Assembly: GCF_009914755.1 (NCBI RefSeq)
Contig: NC_060932.1
Strand: one strand, 5' to 3'
DNA from: the human T2T-CHM13v2.0 reference genome, Homo sapiens
DNA: 64,000 nucleotides
The position numbers and the translations under genes were made by a program. Each line of letters starts with the position of its first letter. Positions within the stretch are counted from its first letter, which is position 1. This document shows positions 14,378 through 28,462 of this stretch, in pieces. The notes beneath the pieces were generated by a model. The model was not told the DNA's origin. It ran no database searches and worked only from the letters and a program-made list of their open reading frames with translations.

Positions 14378-16215
14378 TGACGCAGGGCAGGGGAGCCCCG
14401 AAGTGGAGCATAGTGTGTCCGGAACTGGTGGGTTCTTGGTCTCACTGACTTCAAGAAAGAAGCCGCGGACCCTCGCGGTGAGTGTCACAGTTCTTAAAGG
14501 CTGCGTGTCCAGAGTTTGTTCCTTCTGATGCTCGGATGTGTTCAGAGTTTCTTCCTTCTGGTGGTTTTGTGGTCTCGCTGGCTTCAGGAGTGAAGCTGCA
14601 GACCTTCAAGGTGAGTGTTACAACTCTTAAGGTGGGGCGTCTGGAGTTGTTTGTTCCTCCCGGTGGGTTCATAGTCTCGCTGGCTTCAGGAGTGAAGCTG
14701 CAGACCTTCGAGGTGAGTGTTACAGCTCATAAAGGCAGTGTGGACCCAAAGAGTGAGCAGCAGCAAGATTTATTGCAAAGAGCAAAAGAACAAAGCTTCC
14801 ACAGTGTGGAAACGGACCCCAATGGGTTGCCACTGCTGGCTGGGGCAGCCTGCTTTTACTCCCTTCTCTGGCCCCACCCACATCCTGCTGATTGGTCCAT
14901 TTTACAGTGAGCCGATTGGTCTGTTTTGACAGGGTGCTGATTGGTACATTTACAATCCCTGAGCTAGACACAAAAGGTCACCAAATCCCTACTAGATTAG
15001 CTAGATACAGAGTGTCGACTGGTGCATTCACAAACCCTGAGCTAGACACAGGGTGCTGATTGGTGTGTTTACAAACCTTGAGCTAGATACAGAGTGACAA
15101 TTTGTGTATTTACAATCCCTTAGCTAGACATAAAGGTTCTCAAAGTCCCCACCAGACTCAGGAGCCCAGCTGGCTTCAGCAAGTGGGTCCCACACGGGGG
15201 CCGCAGGTGAGCTGCCTGCCAGTCCCGTGCCCTGTGCTGGCACTCCTCAGCCCTTGTGTGGTCGAAGGGACTGGGTGCCCTGGAGCAGGGGGCTGTGGTC
15301 GTCGGGGAGGCTCGGTACTCATCGGGGAGGCTCAGGTCGCGCAGGAGCCCACGGCGGGTTGGGTGGAGTCTCAGGCATGGCGGGCTGCATGTCCCGAGCC
15401 CTGCCCTGCAGGGAAGCAGCTAAGGCCCAGTGAGAAATTGAGCAAAGCAGCTGCTGGCCCAGGTGCTAAGCCCCTCACTGCCCGGGTCCATCGGGGCCGG
15501 TGAGCCACTCCGAGTGCAGGGCCCAGTGGGCCCATACCCACCCGGAACTCGCACTGGCCCACAAGCGCCGTGCCCAGTCCAAGTTCCTGCCCGCGCCTCT
15601 CCCTCTACACCTCCCCGCAAACTGAGGGAGCCGGCTCCAGCCTCCACCAGCCCAGGAAGGGGCTCCCACAGTGCAGCGGTGCACTGAAGGGCTCCTCAAG
15701 TGCCACCAAAGTGGGAGCCCAGGCAGAGGAGGCGCCGAGAGTGAGCGCGAGGGCTGCTAGCATGCTGTCACCTCTCAATAGCACTTGAGGGTTCTTGTCT
15801 TTATCCAGGAAAGAATTCAAGGGCAAGCCGGAGGTTTAGAAGAAAACAGCTTTATTGAAGAGGCAGCATTACAGCCCTGTGACTGCTCCTGTAGGGCAGG
15901 GCTACCCTGGTGGCAGAGAGTAGCGGCAGAGAGTTTGCAATCACATTTATACTCACTTTTAATTGCATGCAGATTAAAGGGCAGTTTATGCAGGAATTTC
16001 TAGAAAATGGGTAGTAACTTTTGAGTCATTGGGTCATTGCCATGGAAAGGGGCAGTAACTCCCTGGTGTTGCCTTGGCAATAGTAAACTCACATGGCACA
16101 CTGGTGGGCATGTCTGATGGAAAGCTTCTTCTGCCCCAGCCCTGTTTTAGGTAGTCCTTAATTTGGTCTGGTGTCCAAGCCCTGCCTGTGTCGTCAAGTC
16201 CTGCCTCCTATCTCA
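14378..16215 (-). mobile_element. MER93-like (MER4-group ERV1) solo LTR, split by LTR12
   Basis: TG...CA termini, 4-bp TSD CAGT (14374-14377 and 16216-16219), AATAAA on the minus strand. Subfamily from memory. Confidence 0.75.
14414..15777 (-). mobile_element. LTR12 (ERV9) solo LTR
   Basis: Minus strand starts TGAGAGGTGACAGC and ends CCGGACACA; tandem CCAAT-containing U3 repeats; 4-bp TSD ATAG (14410-14413 and 15778-15781). Confidence 0.95.
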
Positions 16216-16636
16216 CAGTGGCGTGATCATGGCTCACTGCAGACTCAACACCCCCGGGCTCGAGCAGTTCTCCCACCTCAGCCTCCTGAGTTGTTGGGAC
16301 CACAGGCACGTGCCACTACGCCCAGCTACATTTTTTGCATTTTTCGTAGAGATGGTGTTTCACTGTGTTGCCTAGGCTGGTCTCAAACTCCTGGGCTCAA
16401 GCAATGTACCAACGTTAGCCTTCTAAAGTGCTGGGATTACAGGTGTGAGCCACTGCACCCAGCCCAACCTTACATTTTTAATCTCAAGTCACTTCTCTCT
16501 ACGTTTTGATTTCTTCTTTAAAATGGCGGAACTAAGAGCATCTATTTTATAGGGTTGTTGGGACGACAAAAATGAAAGAACTGCTGTTCAATGTTTAGTG
16601 AAGCGCTGTGCACAGTTTTGAATAATGAAGTTGGTG

Positions 16637-16958
16637 TTTATTTTTTATTATTTGTTTATTTATTTTTTAGAGACGGGGTCTTGCTCTGTTGCTCAAGCTG
16701 GAGTGCAGTAGTGCAATCACAGCTTAGTGCAGGATTGACCTCCTGGGTTCAAGAAATCCTGCCACCTCAGCCTCCTGAGTAGCTGGGACTACAGGCATGC
16801 ATCGCCATGTCTGGCTATTTATTTATTTGTTAGTTTTTTGTAGAGATGACGTCTCCCTTTGTTGCTTGGGCTGGTCTTGAACTCCTGGCCTTAAGCAATC
16901 CTACTGTCTTGGCCTCCCAGAACACTGAGATTACAGGTGTGAACCACCATGGCCAGCC
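16637..16958 (-). mobile_element. AluJ-like
   Basis: Diverged reverse Alu. Confidence 0.9.
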
Positions 16959-17097
16959 TTATTTTTATTTTTAAATCAGCCTTATCAAGTTGAATTGGTC
17001 ATTAATCTTGTATAACGGTAACTTGGCGCAGCATTGGTTGGGCGGGGGGTGGGGAACCTTTAGGACCCTGTGGGCTACAACTCATAGTGTGTGCACT

Positions 17098-17506
<409 letters not shown>

Positions 17507-17585
17507 TGATTTTTGCAGAACCACCCTTCCCTAATGGTTGTCTCCTAGATCTAAGGTGACTTTATTCATTTTAGAATGAACTTAC

Positions 17586-18211
17586 CCCATTGATACTGTA
17601 ACCAGAGTTGGCATACATCACGATTGGCAGAACCCGGTCATGTTTAGCGATATGGAAGTGTTCTGGAAACTCCTCCTTCTTGTAGACATGGAGGTGACGG
17701 TGCGCATTCTTCAGTGCCTGGTAAAGGGCTTCCTCTTGCCCCAACTTGGGCAGGGGCATCCCAAAGCCACCGTAGCGCACAATATCAAACTTGACCAGGT
17801 CCCTGAACTTGACGTAGTTGGACAAGGGGATCTTGTTGACATTGGGTCTCTTCTTTACGGTGGTCATCCCACGGTCTCATGTAATGATGACGCTGAGGTG
17901 CTCTGCAGGCTGTGCTTCTCAGTGGCTCCCACCAGATACCCGATGGTCCTGTCGATTTGCTGAATCATCAACTTCCTTTTCTCTGCCTCTGGCCCGAATC
18001 GATGTCCCACGTTATCTGGCTCTCTGTAGCACAGAGTCACAAAATCAAAGTCTTCCTTGGTGAACCAGTTCATGACGATATCGATGTTCTCCTTCCGCTC
18101 TGTCTCGTTGCTGCTTGGGTGAGTGTAGGAATCCACCAGGGACCACTTGACAGCCTCACCCTCATATTTAGCACCTCCCCTGGAATAGTGGAATGATGCC
18201 GCTCTGTTCCC
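17586..18211 (-). pseudogene. ENPP7P: ENPP7-like (alkaline sphingomyelinase / NPP family) pseudogene, large central exon
   Basis: AG acceptor at 18213-18212 and GTAAGT donor at 17585. Translates to NPP motifs (WF..ED.D.VTL...EPD..GH..GP; HVYKKE.FPE.FH). One frameshift near 17901, TGA at 17879-17877, and the SDHG motif altered to *DRG. Confidence 0.92.
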
Positions 18212-18584
18212 CTGTAAGTACAAGAAGAAAATTCCATCAGGGCCATTTGTCATACCTTTCTCACAATCAGCAAAGCTCGAGTTGTCTACATCTGTGCCCC
18301 TGTCCAAAGGTGTAGGAAATATGTGGTCTTTGGAGTCAGACAGGGTGGAGTTAGATTCTGGGCTTCCCCAGGATCTCATAGCATCTACAACACTGTTAGT
18401 TACAAGATGTACTATTATTTTATGGGCTACTGAGCAGAAAAATGCTGTCAATGAGACCGTGACATTCCAGTGATTGTAAGGTGTATTACAACTACAGAGA
18501 TGGCAATATGAAAAATAGTTCCTTAGAATAGAAGGAGACGGTAATTTCTGAGTTGGTGGTGGTGAATTTGTGCATGTGTGTTTT

Positions 18585-19470
18585 TTATATATATACACAT
18601 ATATATATACACACATATATATACACATATGTACATGTATATATGTATGTGTGTATATATACACATATATACATATACATGTATATATGTGTATATATAC
18701 ACACATACATATATACATACACATGTATATATGTGTACATATACTCACATACATATATACATACACATGTATATGTGTGTGTACACATACATATATACAT
18801 ACACATGTATATGTGTGTGTACACACACATATATACATACACATGTATATGTGTGTGTGTACACACGCATACATACACATGTATATGTGTGTGTGTACAC
18901 GCATATATACATACACATGTATATGTGTGTGTGTACACACGCATATATACATATGTATATGTGTGTGTACACACGCATATATACATACACATGTATATGT
19001 GTGTGTACACACGCATATATACATACACATGTATATGTGTGTGTACACACGCATATATACATACACATGTATATGTGTGTGTACACACGCATATATACAT
19101 ACACATGTATATGTGTGTGTGTACACACGCATATATACATACACATGTATATGTGTGTGTGTACACACGCATATATACATACACATGTATATGTGTGTGT
19201 GTACACACGCATATATACATACACATGTATATGTGTGTGTACACACGCATATATACATACACATGTATATGTGTGTGTGTGTACACACGCATATATACAT
19301 ACACATGTATATGTGTGTGTGTACACACGCATATATACATACACATGTATATGTGTGTGTGTGTACACACGCATATATACATACACAAGTATATGTGTGT
19401 GTGTGTACACACGCATATATACATACACATGTATATGTGTGTGTGTACACCTACACATATATGTATACAT
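18585..19470. repeat. Purine-pyrimidine (TA/CA/TG) minisatellite, unit about 36-42 bp
   Basis: Repeated ACACACGCATATATACATACACATGTATATGTGTGT(GT)n. Confidence 0.97.
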
Positions 19471-19473
19471 TGT

Positions 19474-20033
<560 letters not shown>

Positions 20034-20122
20034 TGGTGGTGAGTTTCTCAGCGTCTCAGTGTTTCTACATCTAGAATGCCAAAAAGTAGATGGCATCTTT
20101 GTGAGGATTAAGCAGGCTAGCT

Positions 20123-20281
20123 TTTTATTTTTTTATTTTTATTTTTATTTTTTTTGGAAACAGAATTTCTCTCTTATCACCCATGCTGGAGCGCACTGGC
20201 GTGATCTTGGCTCACTGAAACCTCCGCCTCCTGGATTCAAGTGGTTCTCCTGCCTCAGCCTTCCAAGTAGCAGGGATTACA
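20123..20281 (-). mobile_element. Alu right-arm fragment
   Basis: Poly-T plus right monomer, 5'-truncated. Confidence 0.85.
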
Positions 20282-20850
20282 AAGCCAGCTAGCTTTAAGA
20301 TACGGTGTTGGGCATCACGTTTTGGCATGGAGCAGGCACTCTCTTCTTTGCCCCCAGGTGGGACTAAGCCACCACAAGCCTTCCCTGGTGTGTGCAGTGG
20401 GTGATGAATGCTTGCCTGCTCAGCACCCACTTCCTGGTGGGCTGGGTCACATTACTATGACTCCCCCTTGAGCTTCAGTCCGCGCCTGGTTGGAGATTAT
20501 TGACTCAACCCGGGGATCCAGAGGTGGGATGTAGCTCTGGCCTGGCCAGAGGACCGAGGATGCTGCACGCCATGGCTACAGCTACTGGTTCAGCTTTGGG
20601 CTCATGTCCTAGTCAGAGCCAATGAGATGTAATCTTGGGATATCTGCTGGGCTGTTGGGAAGGGGACAGGCTGCCCTGCACATCCCCATTCCTGATGCTG
20701 AGGGATCTGAGAAAATCACTTGTAAAATTTGGGGGTGTTTGGAAGAAGGGGAGATTGATGTCTCTTTCTCTCTACAGACATCTGATCAGCTACAGAGCTT
20801 GACTAACCTACCCAGAGGCAGAATGATATGGTGGTTAAAAGTGTGCTCTG

Positions 20851-21212
20851 GGCCGAGATTTTGCCACTGCACTTCAGCCTGGGTGACAGAGTGAGACTCC
20901 ATCTCAAAAAAAAAAAAAAAAATCTGCTCTGGGCTGGACGCGGGGGCTCACAACTGTAATATCAGCACTTTGGGAGGCTGAGGCAGGAAGATCGCTTGAA
21001 GTCAGGAGTTTGGAATCAGACCCTATCTCTAGAAAAATGTTTTTTAAAAATTAGCTGGGTTGGTGGTGAATGCCTCTAGTCCCAGCTACTCGGGAGGCTG
21101 AGGCGGGAAGACTGCTGGAGCTTGGGAGTTCAAGCCTGCACTGAGCTATGATCAGGCCACTGCACTCCAATTTGAGGGACAGAGAGAGACCCCATCTCTC
21201 TGAACAACAAAA
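20851..21212 (+). mobile_element. Short Alu 3' fragment (20851-20921) followed by AluJ (about 20930-21212)
   Basis: Alu consensus motifs with poly-A tails. Confidence 0.85.
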
Positions 21213-21699
21213 ATGTGTGCTCTGGTGCCACACGGCCTGGTTAGATCCTTTGTCCACCACTTAGATGCATGTTATATAAATGTTCTCCTCAGTTTCCTCG
21301 TCTGTAACTTGGGGATGGTTATGCTGCCCCAAGAAGTGGTTATGGGGACTAAATGCATGTGGGCATATTGGTTAGTATTCAACCAGCTTGATTTTTCCTG
21401 GAGAGGGAGAAAGAGCATGCAGTGAGGTGGCATGGTCAGGTGCATTGGGACAAGGATTATTTCCTCTGGCTTCTGCCTCCTGGGAGGTATAAGGAGGGAT
21501 CTGAAATCTGTCTGCAGACCCCAGAGTTGGGGACTGCAGAGGGAAATTGAGATCAGGGACTCTAGTCTGGCAGAAATGAGTGCTGCATGGGGCATTGGGT
21601 TCCTTCCATGAGAGGCATGGGGTGTGTTGCAGACAGTCATGAAATGTGGCTGAATCTTGCAAGGGACCCTCGGTCCTATGGTTGCTGCTTGAGACAAAG

Positions 21700-22210
21700 A
21701 CCCCTGTCAGTGGAACCTGGTGACATTCACCCTTCTGTGTCAGGCTGCAGACAGCAGGAGATGGCAGCAGATTACACCCAACAGGAAAAGGGCCATTGCC
21801 ACCCCACAGGTTGCCATAGAAGGAGATGACATCTCTCCCTCTCCTCCTCCAGCAGTGTCAGCTGGGGAAGTGGTGGGTGGATGTGCACAAAAGAGTAGAC
21901 CACAGAGCATGCTCCTTCTCCTCCGGTCTGCTGGGGCCCCAAGAGAGTCTGCAGCCCTTGGCCAAGGACCGGCTGACACAGGAGAACAAAAGACCTTAGG
22001 CTGGGATAACATGGTGGTGCAGTTCATCCTCTGGAGCTCCCTGTGAGATCAGACTGGAGCCAGTCTCCAGCTGAGACCACATCTCACTTAGCTCCTTTCC
22101 TGCCATATCCTGTTTTCCTTACTCCTATCTCCTGAGACTTCTTCCTGAATGAATTACATGCACTCAATCCCTGCCTCAGTCTCTGCTTTTAGGGAACTTG
22201 ACCTAAGACA
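21700..22210 (+). mobile_element. Old ERVL LTR (LTR16-like)
   Basis: Ends ...CTCAGTCTCTGCTTTTAGGGAACTTGACCTAAGACA, resembling LTR16 3' ends; 5' boundary uncertain. Confidence 0.5.
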
Positions 22211-22582
22211 GAAATCTTAGTACTAAATACTTTGCAAGGCCTCAGAAGCTCTGCTATCCACAAGCAGGTGAGATATTACCTTCCCTACCACCTGGCAGTC
22301 ATAGTCTATGATGCGATTCAGCTTTATGGAAGTGCTTCTCTAAAGAACTTCCCCCAATTTAAGACGATCTTAATTTGCTTACTTGTTTACTGTCCATTTA
22401 GCTGCTCTAAAATGTGAGCTCCAAATCAGGGGCCGTGTCTGGTTGGTTACTCATTTCCTGAGACCTGGAATGGGCCTAGCTCAGAGCAGGTGCTCACTAT
22501 TGATGGAATGCATGTTGAAAGAATGCATGAATCTCATGTCTTTTTGTGGGTGAAAAACTCATCCTATTCTCACCCTGATTAA

Positions 22583-22896
22583 CTTTCTTTCTTTCTTTAT
22601 TTTTTTTTTTTTTTCAAAATGGAGCCATGATCTGTCACCCAGGCTGGAGTGCAATGGTGTGATCTCAGCTAGCTGAAACCTCTGCCTTCTGGATTAAACC
22701 AATTCTCCTGCCTCAGCCTCCTGGGTAGCTGGGATTACAGGTGTATACCACAACGCCCGGCTAATTTTTTGTATTTTTAATAGAGACAGTGTTTCACCAT
22801 GTTGGCCAGGCTGGTCTCGAACTCCTGACCTCGTGATCTGCCCTCTTTGGCCTCCCAAAGTCCTGGGATTACAGGCATGAGCCACCATACCCAGCC
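22583..22896 (-). mobile_element. AluS
   Basis: Full reverse Alu. Confidence 0.93.
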
Positions 22897-25589
22897 ACTC
22901 TTGATTAACTTAATGGAAATATTTACAGAGATTCTTTCTCTTCTGGGTTCTAACGTCTTATCTGTAACCTCTGCAGGTAATACATTTTCCTTCCTGATGA
23001 TAGCATTTCTATGGTTGCTTTCACTTGCAAATCCTCTAATGCTTATTTATTCCATTTCTGATTGGCATTAGACATAATTCTCAATTTTTAGTGACAGCAC
23101 TTCTTTTAACTTACATATAAATCGACTTTGTCTTGAAATGTGACATTGACTAGAAGGATGAAACTTCTAACATGCTGTAGAACATAGTTTGACTGGCTAA
23201 TTTATTATTTAGAAGAAGCTAATATTGCCATTATGAGGGACTTAGGTGACTCTGAAGAACCAGTTTCATTTGTAATATTTGCAATGTTAAATCACAGACA
23301 TTGCCAACGTGAAATAGTTTCCATATGCTGTGTTCTCAATACACACCTTTTCCAAAGATATCCCAAGCTGTAGTTTTAGAAGACTGTGATTTTTCTTATT
23401 TGTTCTCACAGGAATTTGGGGAGCTATGCTGGATCTCCATAAAATGAGCTCCAGAAAGACACGTGTGCACACACACACACTCACACATGTACCACACCGC
23501 ACTTGACTCTGTTTATTTGGGACCCATGATTATCAGAAGTGCTATTTTTAACAAATACTTCTGAGAAATAATCTGAACACTTAATTGGATGCAAAAGAGT
23601 GGCTATTTACTATTCTACCCTTTAATTAGCATAATCAGTGTTTCCAGCAGCAAAAGCAATGGGAAAATCGCTTGTTTTGTTAGGTTCATTTTTCTCCCTT
23701 AGCATAGTGTGGCATCAGCATGGCTATTATTCTTAAATTGCCTCTTTAAAACAAGAGCTGGTGCTTCTTACAGGCAATTCCTAACTCTTGGGTTTTGTAG
23801 AGGGTCCAAAACTCTTTAGAACCTATAATTCAAGGAAAGGCTCCACTTTGGTTTTACATTTTGTCTGGTCTCTTTGGGTGACAGAATTTATGTCACAAGG
23901 TGCACATGTTTTGGGGAGGCTCATGGACAGCCCATCGCTCTTGTGCTTTGGTAGGAAATATGTGCAGTTATGGGGAAGGAGTTAGTTACTCATCTAGGGA
24001 ACAATTGGGTAGAAAGAGATGGACTCCCTGTATTTGAAATTCAGAACTCAAGCTTGGCTCTAAGTGTTTCCTTGCTTTGCTGTGCTCCACGGGAGTCACT
24101 GAGCAGAAGGAAGCGAGTTGCCTGAGATTCCTCAAAGCCCGCAGCCCTTTTGGAGGTTACATTGTTATTCTCAGAGCCTTTATGATACATAATAAAGACC
24201 TAGCTTGGACCAACATTAGGATGAGTTATCTTGCTATTAACATTCTTTCAGGTAGAAGTTGCTTTTAGGTAGAAGTTGGTCCCATCTTGCTCACAATCCT
24301 CCAAAGCTTGGAAGTTACTTTCCAGGAGACTTAGCTTGCACTGAGAGCCGCCCTCCCACCCTCTCTCCAAATTTCCTCTTGGGAGTAGCCTAACAAGGTG
24401 CTGTCACAGGCCCTTGCCAGCCACGATGACCCCACCCAGACCATCCCTCTGCTGTTTCACTCTTTGATATTCTCTGGAGCTCTCTGGGGAGCGGTGAGAC
24501 CTGCTGTCTGGTTTGTACGGTTTGCCCAGGTCTTACAGTCATGGCTGGCTGCCTCTCTCTGAGAACTGGGACTCCTGAACTTGGTGAAATACCTCAGCCA
24601 TTGATCGTGTTAAATTATCGGTGACACTCATTTAAAATCCGAGTCTGCTCCAGATGGACTCTCTCTCTTTCTGCCCTGACTATGAGAGAGAGAGATCGTG
24701 AGAGACAGAGACCATGAGAAAGACCGTGAGAGAGAGACACAGAGCTAGAGAGAGAGACCGTGCCCTGACCTGCTGGACAGTGGAGATGCTTGTGGGCTGT
24801 GAGCAAGGGATGCAAAGGCTGCCGGGAATCCCATTTTTCCAGCATCATCTGCCAAGGCACATCAGTTCCTGGGTGTCTTGATGGGTTCTGGCAGCATTAC
24901 TGTCATTGAAGGAAAACATTTTAGCCATATTAAAGGTGAATGCAGCAAGCTCCACACAGGCTGCCTGGAAGGGACGCGGGACAAGGGTAGGTTTTCCCTG
25001 TGATGGACAGGAGACAGGCGGCCCTCCCACAGCCCTGCCTGGCAAAGCAGATGTGTCCCCAAAAGGCACTGGGGGCAGCTGGAGTGCTGTGCGGAGGCGG
25101 GCTCACCCGGGCCCTGGGTTCGCTCTGATTGCAGCGGTTTCCCGCCAGCTCCTTGGAGAGCTGGCAGATGACCCAGCCCCACAGCAGGAGCTGTGAATGG
25201 CAGAACGAGATACAACAATTTGATATCCACTTGCCAGATGAGCCGGGTGTCGTCAGTCGCCTGGCTCTGCGCCAACCTCTTTTTGCACAAACACTTATGA
25301 ATTCAGCCAGGAGGAAAAGCACTCTGATTATGAATTGAGCAGAAGGAAACAAAGTTCTGCGAATAAACACCAATGAGACAAAAAAAGACGAATAAGAAAA
25401 ATGACAGAAAAGGAGAACCTTCCCAGAAGCCTCCTGCCAGTGAACAGCCACCGTAGCAAGAGCTTGGAGGCCCTGGGTTTTGAACTGTGAGATAAGGAAG
25501 ATGATGAAAACCTCCCTAGCAGCCAGGCAAGCACAAGATTCCTGTAAAATCCAGGTCTAAGTGTTTTAACCACAGAAGTAATATTATGT

Positions 25590-25810
25590 CATAGGTGAGA
25601 GCTGTGAGTTGCTGAACCCAAAGTGAGTTCAAATCCGAGCTCTGCCTCCTGCTACCTGTGTGACTTTGAGAAGTTCCAGCACTGCTTTGTGCCTCAGTTT
25701 TGTCATCTGTTAAATGGGCATAATCACAGCTTGTGCCTCAGAGTTGTTGTAAATTAATACATGTAAAGCACTGAAATCAGCCTGGTATACAGTAAGTGTT
25801 ATGAACGTTA
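25590..25810. mobile_element. MIR
   Basis: GTGCCTCAGTTT...CATCTGT.AAATGGG core. Confidence 0.75.
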
Positions 25811-25949
25811 TTTTCTTGGAAGGACAGAACTTATTTTCATGGTCTAAGCCTGAAAGTCTAAAAAATGTGAGAGAAGAGGAAAGAATCTAGAGTCTCACCA
25901 TGAGGGAGAAAAGTCAACTTGAAGCAGGACAGGGTCATTGACAATTTCC

Positions 25950-26470
<521 letters not shown>

Positions 26471-26490
26471 CATGACTGAATAGTCTATTG

Positions 26491-27001
26491 CAGTGGTCCC
26501 CAATTTTTTTTTTAACACCAAGGACCAGTTTCCGTGTACTTGTTGGGGGAAGTTTCAGGATGATTCAAGTACATTACATTTATTGTGTACTTTATTTCTA
26601 TTGTTATGAACATTATAATATATAATGAAATCATTATACCACTCACCATAATGTAGAATCAGTGAGAGCCCTGAGCTTGTTTTCCTGCAACTAGATAATC
26701 CCATCTCCGGGTGGTGGGAGACAGTGACAGATCATCAGGCATTAGATTCTCATAAGGAGCACACAACCTAGATCCCTTCCACATGCAGATCACAATAGGG
26801 TTGGTGCTCCTATCAGAATCTAATGCCACTGCTGATCTGACAGGAGACAGAGCTCAGGCGGTAACGCTAGCCATGGGGAGCAGCTGTAAATACAGATGAA
26901 GCTTCACTCATTAGCTCACTGCTCACCTCCTTCTGTGCAGCCCAGTTCCTAACAGGCCACAGACTGCTACTGGTCTGTGGTCTGGGGGATGGGGACCTCT
27001 G
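26491..27001. mobile_element. MER1A-like hAT-Charlie DNA transposon
   Basis: Terminal inverted repeats CAGTGGTCCCC / GGGGACCTCTG; perfect 8-bp TSD GTCTATTG (26483-26490 and 27002-27009). Confidence 0.9.
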
Positions 27002-27088
27002 GTCTATTGGATAACACTAGCTTTGAGGGTACTGATCAGCCAAAGAAGCACTGAGATGATTTGTCCTCCATTAATAAGAATGATGGAC

Positions 27089-27383
<295 letters not shown>

Positions 27384-28314
27384 AGATGGACTTTTTTGGA
27401 GCATTTAGTTCCAAGCACCTTCCCTGCATTTTCTCAGTTAATCCTCCCAGTGACTCTTTGAAGCAGGGACTATGACAATCGTCATTTCACAGATGGAGCA
27501 ACTGAGGCACAGAGAGGAAGTCAATGGCCACGGTCGCCCAGCTGAGGAAGGATGGAGCCGGCTGAGATCCTGTTCTGGGGATCTAACTCTGCAGCCTGCA
27601 TTCTGGGCTGCTGTATTCTCCCTTGTTGCTATCTGACGAGCACAGCATGGGCTCAGAGTACAGACAGGAGGAACCAGCTAATAAGGAGAGGTCTAGGGTG
27701 AAGGCTGGTGCCTTGGGGAAGAAGAGAGAGGTCTCATTCTAAAGGGATGGCATTGGAAGTTCATAGTGATAAAGCAAAGCCAACAGGTTTTGGGGCTGAG
27801 AGTTAAACACACAGCTCTGGTTTCTGCCTTTTCACAGTGGTGATGAAAGAGCACTGAGAGCCTCTCGAGCTAAAGTTGTCATCATTGCTCTTCATAGTCT
27901 GAAGGTGCATGAAATGGTCAACTTTCTTCCAAAGGGCTTTTATGCCTAAGTCTGTGGTTAGTGTATAAACAGATATTTACTGAAGTCCTGCTGGGTGCAG
28001 ACACTGTGGCCAGCCCTGAGGCTACAGTCAAGATGAAGCCAGTCTCTGTCCTCATGGAGACCTGTCTATTGATAAGAAAAGAGAAAGCTCACTGAGCATT
28101 GACCCTGTGCCCACTGCTTTTGATGCATCTCTCATTTAATCCTTCTATCAAATCTGTGAAATAAACACATCACCATCATCCTATTTCACATTTAGGGAAA
28201 CATATGCTTAGAGAGGGTAAGTAACTTGGTCAAGGTCACACAGCTTCGATCTCTCATCCCACAGGCGCAGGAATGGGAGGCAGCAGCTGGGGAAGCCAGG
28301 GTCTCTGGCAGTCC

Positions 28315-28462
28315 TTGTCTCTGGGCGGTGATCCAGAGAGAGAGAGAACACGATTGTCTCAGCACTGGGTCTTCTTCTGAGTCATCTTGAAGGAGCAATT
28401 CCAGAGCGTCTCGGTGTTAAACATCATGTTGTGAATGACTCAGTGATCTCTGACCCAGAGAC
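28315..28462 (-). pseudogene. ENPP7P: ENPP7-like pseudogene, upstream exon (equivalent to ENPP7 exon 2)
   Basis: Polypyrimidine tract plus AG at 28464-28463. Translates G-LWVRDH*VIHNMMFNTET...*DN...WITAQRQ, matching the ENPP7 HGVVHNM...WDNG..PIWITAQRQ pattern. Two stops, a TC-repeat frameshift, and no GT donor. Confidence 0.8.

Larger units (their letters stand above)
14321..16467 (-). mobile_element. AluJ-like element split by LTR insertions
   Basis: Alu sequence ...GAGTGCAGT (ends 14377) resumes as CAGTGGCGTGATC at 16216. Confidence 0.85.

Noticed and set aside
18585-19470. Regular ~38-bp repeats as a possible CRISPR array
   Set aside because: No unique spacers, no cas genes, and the context is mammalian.
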